Positions 41,872 through 56,832 of a DNA stretch of 64,000 bases are shown in pieces (within the stretch, counting starts at the first letter, position 1; each line of letters starts with the position of its first letter). The position numbers and the translations under genes were made by a program. The notes below the pieces were generated by a model. The model had not been told where the DNA came from, made no database searches, and worked only from the letters and a program-made list of their open reading frames with translations. This DNA comes from Antechinus flavipes (lineage: Eukaryota), in assembly GCF_016432865.1 (NCBI RefSeq), contig NC_067400.1, positions 1,116,001 through 1,180,000 of the forward strand, in the 5' to 3' direction.

Positions 41872-42358
41872 TGTTATAATTAAAGCACAAGTTACAAAGT
41901 TCACTCGGCCACATCAGACTAACTGGAAGACCTCGGCCCTTCCTTCTTAATCATCGTGACTAAACCGGGTGTGGGGGAGATGGTCTGCTGAGACGGAAAG
42001 CCCCGAGACTTATTTTTATCCAGCTTGTTGCCCAACATCAGGGGGACGGCTATGACCACTAGACCAACAGGTGACCTTGGCCTTATCCTTCCCATGACCG
42101 ATATCGTGTGATCCTCTCTACCAGTCACGAGCTCATCAACCCTCCGTTGTTTGTCCACCGTTGAGGCTGTTTCATCCTGTACCTGCTGTATCGTCTAGCT
42201 GTCAAACACTCCGGAGGCCCTGGGGAAAGGGGGCGTCTCAGATTGTGAGGGAGCTCAGAGGTCCCTCTAATAAAGAGCGATGGGCTCAGCCTGCCTCGGT
42301 GCTTTTTATTGCAGATTGGACATTTGTGGAGCCCATCCTAACACTATGAGCAGTAACA
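41872..42358. mobile_element. Candidate solo LTR (about 490 bp)
   Basis: TGTTA...TAACA inverted termini, retained CpGs, AATAAA on both strands; TSD ambiguous (act/actt). Confidence 0.5.
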
Positions 42359-43549
42359 ACTTTTCAACTTATTGGGAAAGCTGGAATCCTGGGCTTAACT
42401 CAAAGGCACAAAGGCAGGTTCAGGCTGATACTAAAACTCACAACAGCAGGAGGTCAATTGCAAAGCATATGGCAGAAATCAGAGGTGATCATTTTGCTCT
42501 TTTCACCGTTTAAAATGTTCAGCCTCTTGCTGAGGGGAAACCCAATACAGACTTAAATACTTCCCTTCCTCTGGATGTAGAGAGCCCTCCGCTGCTCCCC
42601 GAATCGCCCCTCCTGGGCAAATCACTTAATTCCATCTGTAAAGGAGGGAGGGGGAATGGGAAATGCCTTGGGACATTCAAATGCCAGGGAAATCTGTGCG
42701 CCGCCGGAAGAGAAATGGGCGATGTGGGAGGTTTTCTTTTGTGGTTTATCTGAACACACATTGTGTCATGAATCACGTTGGAGAGAAAAATCAGAGCAAA
42801 AGGGGGAAAGCGTGGGGAGAAAATCACAGAAAAGAGAAGTGCACACAGCGAGTGCTGATTCGCACTCAGTCTCCTTAGTTCTCCCTCTGGGGGCAGACGG
42901 CATTTTCTGTCCAAAGTCCATTGGGATTGCTTTGGGCCGCTGAGAAGAACCAAGACTTCCACAGTTGATGAGAGGTTTTCGAGGAAAGAGATCATGTCTT
43001 GGAGCGGAGGGATCGCTTTTAAGAAGCACACGGATAAATATGAAAGGGCCGGCGGACGATTTTGGCCGCAGCGCCCACTCTGCCCCCTTCTTCGTAGCCT
43101 TTCAAGCTTTCCAGTCTCTCGGCCTTCCTTGCCTTCTCCCAACACGTCCTCTACACCGGCTCCACCCCTTTGTCTCCCACCAGGCACGCCCCCCTGGACG
43201 TCCCACAGCACCCAAACTCCCTAGCTGAAAGCTCTTCCTTCTGAAACCCACTCCTCTCACCTGTCTGCACCCCGACTCCTCCCTATTCCCCATTCATTCA
43301 GACCCTCAGAGGATCCTCGACTTCTCCCCCTTCCCCATCTCTGCTAATGACTCCATCCTCTCCATCCCTCCCCCCCAGCAGCCCCCTCCTCTCTCCTCCA
43401 AGAGTCACAATCTCCTCCGGGACAATTGTGATGACCACCTAAGAGTTCTCCCTCCTGCCCCAGCCTTTCCTCCTGCAGATGCTTTCAGAACATTTCCCCC
43501 TTCCCTTGTGGAGCGGGCCCCAATCCGCCCTCCAGCGCAGTCTCCTCCC

Positions 43550-45100
43550 TAAGAGCGGCCCACGCTCTCCTCCCCCTCGCGCCCTCACTCTCCTCCTCGC
43601 CGTCCTGTGGGCTGGGAGCGTGTGCTCAGTCACTCCAATCCTGACTCTGCGACCCGTTTGAGATCCAGCCAGGACGCGCCCTCCCCGCTTGCTCACCGAG
43701 CTTCTCCAGAAATGCGGGCCAGCGCAGGAAACACGTGCCCCCCGGAGGCTGCCCCGCGGCGCGCCCTTGCCCACCTCCCCCGGGCTTTCTCAGCCCCTTG
43801 CTTCCGCTCTCCGGGGCCCCGAGTTCCTGGGGAAAGTGTAAGAAAAAAGGCCGGTCACAGGCACAAAGCTGCTCCAAGCGGCTCGGCTCAAGCGCACGCG
43901 TGAACTTGGGGAAGGAAAAGTCTCTTAGATGTCCTGCCGCGTTTGCTAGGGGCGGTTCTTCCCCCACCCCCCCACCCCCAAGGGCCAACTAAATCACAAA
44001 AGTCGCTGGGTCTGAGAGAAAAAGCTCCCGCGCCAGCAGCGCCCGGCCCGGGGGAGGGGGGGAGGGGGCTTCCGGTGGCCGGGTGAGCGCAGCGCCCGCG
44101 GGAGCTTCTCCCTGGGAGAGCCCGGGCGGCGAGGGACCGGGTGGCCAGGGCCAGCCCCAAGCTGCCGGGCGGCCGAGCGAGCGGTCGTGGCTCCCAAGAC
44201 GCCGACTTTGGGCAGAAAGCGCCATCTGCCTCCAGAGGGAGGCTGCCGAGAGGGGACATGAATCAGCACCCGCCGCGTTCACTTGTTTCTGTGCCTTTTT
44301 CTCCCTCAACGTGATTCAGAAAGAAATGTGCATTTTAAAAGTTGGCACACGTATATCAACCAGAAAAATGAAAAAAAAATCTTAGTGGTTGTGGGAACTG
44401 GGGGACTGAAGCTAGGGAGGCGGGAGGACTCGACTGCGGCTTCAAAGCCCCCTCCCCAAGAAAAGCCGAGTGGAAGCTACAGTGTCAGTCTCCCATGAGG
44501 AGGGAAACAGCTCCCCACTAGAGAGGCCCTGACGGATAGCGAGCCCCCCATCGCAGATGGTCTCGGAATGAGAGATGGCCGAGTCCCAGCACACACCGCC
44601 GAGGTCGGCGGCCCTGCTGGGGAGGCTTCTGCCGGCCCGGCCCGCCCAGGCCCGGTGGCAGCAGAAAGCGCAGGACCGAGCTCTGGGCTCCCGCCCCTGC
44701 CCCTCATTCTCTTTGGGGAAGCGTCTGCTTATTGCACCGGAGGTCTCGGCTTCACCCGCACCCTGAGGGCGGGGCTCAGCGGTGTGGAGATAACCTTTAG
44801 GGCCCCTGGCCCGGGACATGCCCCCCACAGACTCGGGGCTCCCTCGGGAACGGGCCTGCGAGCACTTCCGAGGGGCCTTGGGTTGCCAGTGAGTCCGCAG
44901 TCTGTGGTGGAAATTAGGTCGGGACTTCTCTGTCGCTCCTGTCAGCTCTGGGGTTCTGAGGGACCCAGAGCCTGCTGCCCCCAGAAGGGCGCCCCTGGCC
45001 CGGGGCTAAAGGCTCCATTCCAGCACCACTGGCCTGAACCAGAGTTAGCCCAAGGGTCTCTGGGAAGTGCGGAAATCTGCTTCCCTTTTCTGGAGGGGGG
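43550..45100. other. Orphan CpG island between the convergent 3' ends of FBXO39 and TEKT1
   Basis: CpG-dense; no recognisable coding exon. Confidence 0.65.
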
Positions 45101-45199
45101 GGGGGGGACGTGGACACTGAATGCATGAAAATGTCAAAGGGATGAAAGGCTTTGGAAGCTGAGGCCTCATTGGAGAAGGGGGGGGGCTGCCTCCCTCCA

Positions 45200-46392
45200 G
45201 CTAAAGCCCCTGCAGGGGGAGAAGGGGGGGTGCTCACACATCCCCCCATTAATAAAGTCCTTGCAGGGGGAGAAGGCGGGGGGGGGGGTGCTCACACTGT
45301 CCCCCCATTAATAAAGCCCCTGCAGGGGGAGAAGGCAGGGGGGTGCTCACACTGTCCCCCCATTAATAAAGCCCCTGCAGGGGGAGAAGGCAGGGGGGTG
45401 CTCACACTGTCCCCCCATTAATAAAGCCCCTGTAGGGGGAGAAGGCAGGGGGGTGCTCACACTGTCCTCCCATTAATAAAGCCCCTGCAGGGGGAGAAGG
45501 CAGGGGGGTGCTCACACTATCCCCCCATTAATAAAGCCCCTGCAGGGACAGAAGGCAGGGGGGTGCTCACACTGTCCCCCCATTATTAAAGCCCCTGCAG
45601 GGGGAGAAGGCAGGGGGGTGCTCACACTGTCCTCCCATTAATAAAGCCCCTGCAGGGACAGAAGGCAGGGGGGTGCTCACACTATCCCCCCATTAATAAA
45701 GCCCCTGCAGGGACAGAAGGCAGGGGGGTGCTCACACTGTCCCCCCATTATTAAAGCCCCTGCAGGGGGAGAAGGCAGGGGGGTGCTCACACTGTCCTCC
45801 CATTAATAAAGCCCCTGCAGGGGGAGAAGGCAGGGGGTGCTCACACTGTCCCCCCATTATTAAAGCCCCTGCAGGGGGAGAAGGCAGGGGGGTGCTCACA
45901 CTGTCCCCCCATTATTAAAGCCCCTGTAGGGGGAGAAGGCAGGGGGGTGCTCACACTGTCCTCCCATTATTAAAGCCCCTGCAGGGGGAGAAGGCAGGGG
46001 GTGCTCACACTGTCCCCCCATTAATAAAGCTCCTGCAGGGACAGAAGGCAGGGGGTGCTCACACTGTCCTCCCATTAATAAAGCCCCTGCAGGGGGAGAA
46101 GGCGGGGGGTGCTCACACTGTCCCCCCATTATTAAAGCCCCTGTAGGGGGAGAAGGCAGGGGGGTGCTCACACTGTCCCCCCATTATTAAAGCCCCTGTA
46201 GGGGGAGAAGGCAGGGGGGTGCTCACACTGTCCTCCCATTATTAAAGCCCCTGCAGGGGGAGAAGGCAGGGGGTGCTCACACTGTCCCCCCATTAATAAA
46301 GCCCCTGCAGGGGGAGAAGGCAGGGGGGTGCTCACACTGTCCCCCCATTAATAAAGCCCCTGCAGGGGGAGAAGGCGGGGGGTGCTCACACT
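45200..46392. repeat. 54-55-bp VNTR, 21 full units
   Basis: Unit gtgctcacactgtccccccatt(a/t)..taaagcccctgcagggggagaaggcagggg; tgctcaca recurs 22 times from 45231 to 46383. Confidence 0.97.
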
Positions 46393-46544
46393 AGTCTCCC
46401 CAAAGCCAGAGGCTCCCGCAGACGTGGAGCCCCCTCCCCTTCTGTCCCAGAGCTCCCGCGTCGGCGGGCACCAGAGCCTCGGTGTCGTGCCCGGGGCATC
46501 ACCGGCTGCAAGGAGGGCCGGGCCGGGCACGGTTAAGGAGTTGC

Positions 46545-46550
46545 TTTATT
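46545..46550 (-). terminator. TEKT1 poly(A) signal
   Basis: AATAAA on the minus strand, 31 nt after the stop codon. Confidence 0.75.
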
Positions 46551-46581
46551 GAAAATCTGAAATCTCTGGCGAGAGGGCGGC

Positions 46582-53255
<6,674 letters not shown>

Positions 53256-54270
53256 CTAGCCCTCCATCACCATCTGCTCCCAGGAAGCCCCCAACCCCCG
53301 ATTCCCTCAGTCAGAAATGGACGCTGAGGGCGGCTTTGCGGGCACTGCCCTGACGCACACTTGGTACAGCTCGTGCTATGGGCCCTCCCTCCGGTGCCCG
53401 GCCCGGTGCTCCGCACACAAAAGCTCCCACCGAATGGGGCCGGAGGAAAGGGAGGATGACTGAGGAGCTGACCACCGCCTCCCCAGAGGCTTCCGGCAGC
53501 CCTGCCCCGACTCCCAGAGGGCACCGCCTGCGCCCCTTCCCAAATTCATATCAGGCTTGAGTTCGAGGTGGGAAGGGAGGACTGGGCCCCGCGCAGCCAG
53601 AGCTGGGTCAGGAGCAGCCGGAAGAAAGGCCCAGGGCTCTGGCCGCCGCTCCGCGGAAGAGAATTGGGGGAGCTCGCCCCACGTGGGGGGTCGGGGATTG
53701 GGGGCTGCCGAGGAGGAGGGCGCAGCTTGGCCCGAAAGAGGCTCCTGCCGGCCGTTAGCCTGGGGGAGGGGTCAGGCCTAAAAAGCTCAAAATGAGAAGG
53801 GGGGAAGGCCAGAGTGCAGTTTTTATCTGGTCTGTCAACATGGCGCACACCTTCCGGCCCGAGGGGACAGGGCCCACTCAAGGGGGGATGAGCTCCCAGG
53901 CCCCGCCCGGACGCTGAAGTCAGTGCAGAAGGGAGGGGGTGGCTGGAGGGGCGCCTGGCAGAGTCCACAGAGCGCTGCTGGACCCGGAGCCCGCCCCAAT
54001 CCCGGACGGGAGGGAGCTGCTCGGCCTGCAGGACTCGGGGCCCCAGGCCGGCCCGCTCCGCTGAGCCACACCCCCCCAGGCCACTGCCGGGCACCCAGGC
54101 TGGAGCCCCATGACTTCGGCAGGAACCATTAGGGGAAAGGGGAAGAGGAAGTGGGGGGGGTCGAGGGAGACCTCGGGCTCAGCACTCAGCCCAGGCAGGG
54201 TTTGAGCCCCAGCGCTGCAGCTGCTTCCAGGAGTTAAGGGGGTAAGGAGCAAGGTGCCCCAGCAGAGCCC

Positions 54271-55640
54271 CGCCCCCCTGCCAGCCTTACCCAGGCGCCC
54301 CAGAGACGCCCCCACTGCCTTACCCAGGTGCCCCAGAGATGCCCCCACAGCCTTACCAGGCGCCCCAGAGATGCCCCTGACAGCCTTACCAGGCGCCCCA
54401 GAGATGCCCCCACAGCCTTACCAGGCGCCCCAGAGATGCCCCCACAGCCTTACCAGGCGCCCCAGAGACCCCCCACAGCCTTACCCAGGCGCCCCAGAGA
54501 CGCCCCCACAGCCTTACCCAGGTGCCCCAGAGATGCCCCCACAGCCTTACCCAGGCGCCCCAGAGATGCCCCCACAGCCTTACCCAGGCGCCCCAGAGAC
54601 GCCCCCACAGCCTTACCCAGACGCCCCAGAGACGCCCCCACAGCCTTACCCAGACGCCCCAGAGACGCCCCCACAGCCTTACCCAGGCGCCCCAGAGACG
54701 CCCCCACAGCCTTACCCAGGCGCCCCAGAGACGCCCCCCACAGCCTTACCCAGGCGCCCCAGAGACGCCCCCACAGCCTTACCCAGGCGCCCCAGAGACG
54801 CCCCCACAGCCTTACCCAGGCGCCCCAGAGATGCCCCCACAGCCTTACCAGGCGCCCCAGAGATGCCCCCACAGCCTTACCCAGACGCCCCAGAGATGCC
54901 CCCACTGCCTTACCAGGTGCCCCAGAGATGCCCCCACAGCCTTACCCAGGCGCCCCAGAGATGCCCCCACTGCCTTACCAGGTGCCCCAGAGACGCCCCC
55001 ACAGCCTTACCCAGGCGCCCCAGAGACGCCCCCCTGCCAGCCTTACCAGGCGCCCCAGAGACGCCCCCCTGCCAGCCTTACCAGGTGCCCCAGAGACGCC
55101 CCCCACAGCCTTACCCAGGCGCCCCAGAGACGCCCCCCACAGCCTTACCCAGGCGCCCCAGAGATGCCCCCACAGCCTTACCCAGGCGCCCCAGAGACCC
55201 CCCACAGCCTTACCCAGGCGCCCCAGAGACGCCCCCACAGCCTTACCAGGTGCCCCAGAGACGCCCCCACAGCCTTACCCAGGCGCCCCAGAGACGCCCC
55301 CACAGCCTTACCCAGGCGCCCCAGAGATGCCCCCACAGCCTTACCAGGTGCCCCAGAGACGCCCCCACAGCCTTACCCAGGCGCCCCAGAGACGCCCCCA
55401 CAGCCTTACCCAGGCGCCCCAGAGATGCCCCCACAGCCTTACCCAGGCGCCCCAGAGACGCCCCCACAGCCTTACCCAGGCGCCCCAGAGATGCCCCCAC
55501 TGCCTTACCAGGTGCCCCAGAGACGCCCCCACAGCCTTACCCAGGCGCCCCAGAGACGCCCCCACTGCCTTACCCAGGCGCCCCAGAGACGCCCCCCTGC
55601 CAGCCTTACCAGACGCCCCAGAGACGCCCCCCAGCCTTAC
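54271..55640. repeat. 31-33-bp VNTR (about 43 copies) at the start of putative TEKT1 intron 1
   Basis: cacagccttacccaggcgccccagagacgcccc. Confidence 0.97.
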
Positions 55641-55740
55641 CTTGGCGATCTGGAGAGCGCGAACTCAGGAGCTGCCCCCGAGTTTGTCCACACCGGACTG
55701 CGAACTGGAAGCTGCAAACCCTCAGGTTCCCATGGCAACC
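55641..55740 (-). other. TEKT1: Putative TEKT1 non-coding exon 1
   Basis: Strong donor AAG|GTAAGG at 55641/55640 next to an X-box; 5' end not determinable. Confidence 0.6.
55726..55739. promoter_or_regulatory. RFX X-box (ciliogenesis promoter element)
   Basis: GTTCCCATGGCAAC fits GTTNCCATGGNAAC; extra half-site GTTGCC at 55784-55789. Confidence 0.85.
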
Positions 55741-56687
55741 AAGAACGCGTCTCCCGGGAGATGGGGCTGCGCTCCGCGCGTGCGTTGCCAGGCTTCGCTG
55801 CCCGGCCCCCGCGCGGATCGAGCAGGCGCCCAAGCCTCAACGCCAGCCCCGCGCCGTTGTGGGGTAGAGGGGGAAACCGAGGCAGGGCGCAGGGAAGGGA
55901 AGAAGGGACGGCAAGCTCGGACTCAGGCACGTCCCCAGCCTCTCGGAACCTCGATTTAGCGGTCCGAAAATGGGACGGGGCGGGGCTCTGGCCCCCGCTC
56001 ATCGGGCTGTCCTGCGGACGATGCTCCAGCAGAGGGCGCGGGGAGCTCTCCATCTCCGAGGGTTTCCAACCCAGGCTCCGGAGAGCTGCAGAAGGCGTCT
56101 TCTTCTGGGCGCGGCGGGGAGGGAAGTGCCCCGCAGACTTTGCCATGCCCTACTGATTCCGTCTCCCCACCTGTCACTTGGGGGATTGCGGGCTCGAACA
56201 CGCTTCCAGACCCCAGTCGCGCCCCCTCCAAATCTATCCAATCTAAACCACGAGCGCTTCTCCAACAGCCAATCAGAAGCAAGTAATGAGCCAAGCGCCT
56301 GCCCTCAATGTCTGCTCCGGCCTGAAAGTGAGAGCGGAGGGGCGGGGCTGGGAGGAGGGGCGGGTCCAAGGGAGGGATCGAGGCTGATGGACAGGTCAGG
56401 GGAGGCCCAGATTGCATCTGAGAGGCGGGGCCAGGGGCGGGACCGGGATGGGGGGGGGAGCAGAAATTAAAACTGGGGGCGAGGCCAAGGCAGGATTGAG
56501 TTGAGGCCTTAGTGCGATGGACGTTAGTAGGCGGGACCAGGGCGGGTTTGATTCTGAGGGGGCGTGGCCGCGGCTGACTTGCAAATAAGGGGCGGGGCCA
56601 TAGCGGGATTGAGGCTGAGGGCCGGCCCAGAAGGGGTTGCGGCTGGGGGGCGGGGCACACGCAGTGGGAAGGCTAAGTGAAGCGAAG
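55740..56687. promoter_or_regulatory. Bidirectional CpG-island promoter TEKT1 / SLC25A1-like
   Basis: CCAAT at 56269-56273 (AGCCAATCAG); GC boxes near 56339, 56426, 56589 and 56647; head-to-head genes. Confidence 0.7.
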
Positions 56688-56832
56688 ATGAGGCCGGAGG
56701 TTCTGAGGAGTCCCGGCACTTTGGGGCAAGTCCCTGAGCTCCCTCAACTAGGCCCTAGGCTGGGCCTGGCTGCTGCAGCCCCAGGGTCTGGAGGAGGCAA
56801 GATCACGCACCCGGGAAAGGCGATCCTGGCCG
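56688..56832 (+). CDS. SLC25A1-like exon 1
   Basis: MRPEVLRSP...[22 protein letters not shown]|GTAAC; the start codon choice is inferred. Confidence 0.8.

Noticed and set aside
45200-46392. CRISPR-like appearance of the regular repeats (also 47.5, 54.3 and 57.4 kb)
   Set aside because: Units are directly adjacent with no unique spacers, there are no cas genes, and the context is eukaryotic.
54254-56156. 537-544-aa Pro-rich ORFs in three frames
   Set aside because: Translations of the 31-33-bp VNTR; open in several frames and both strands with no domain content.
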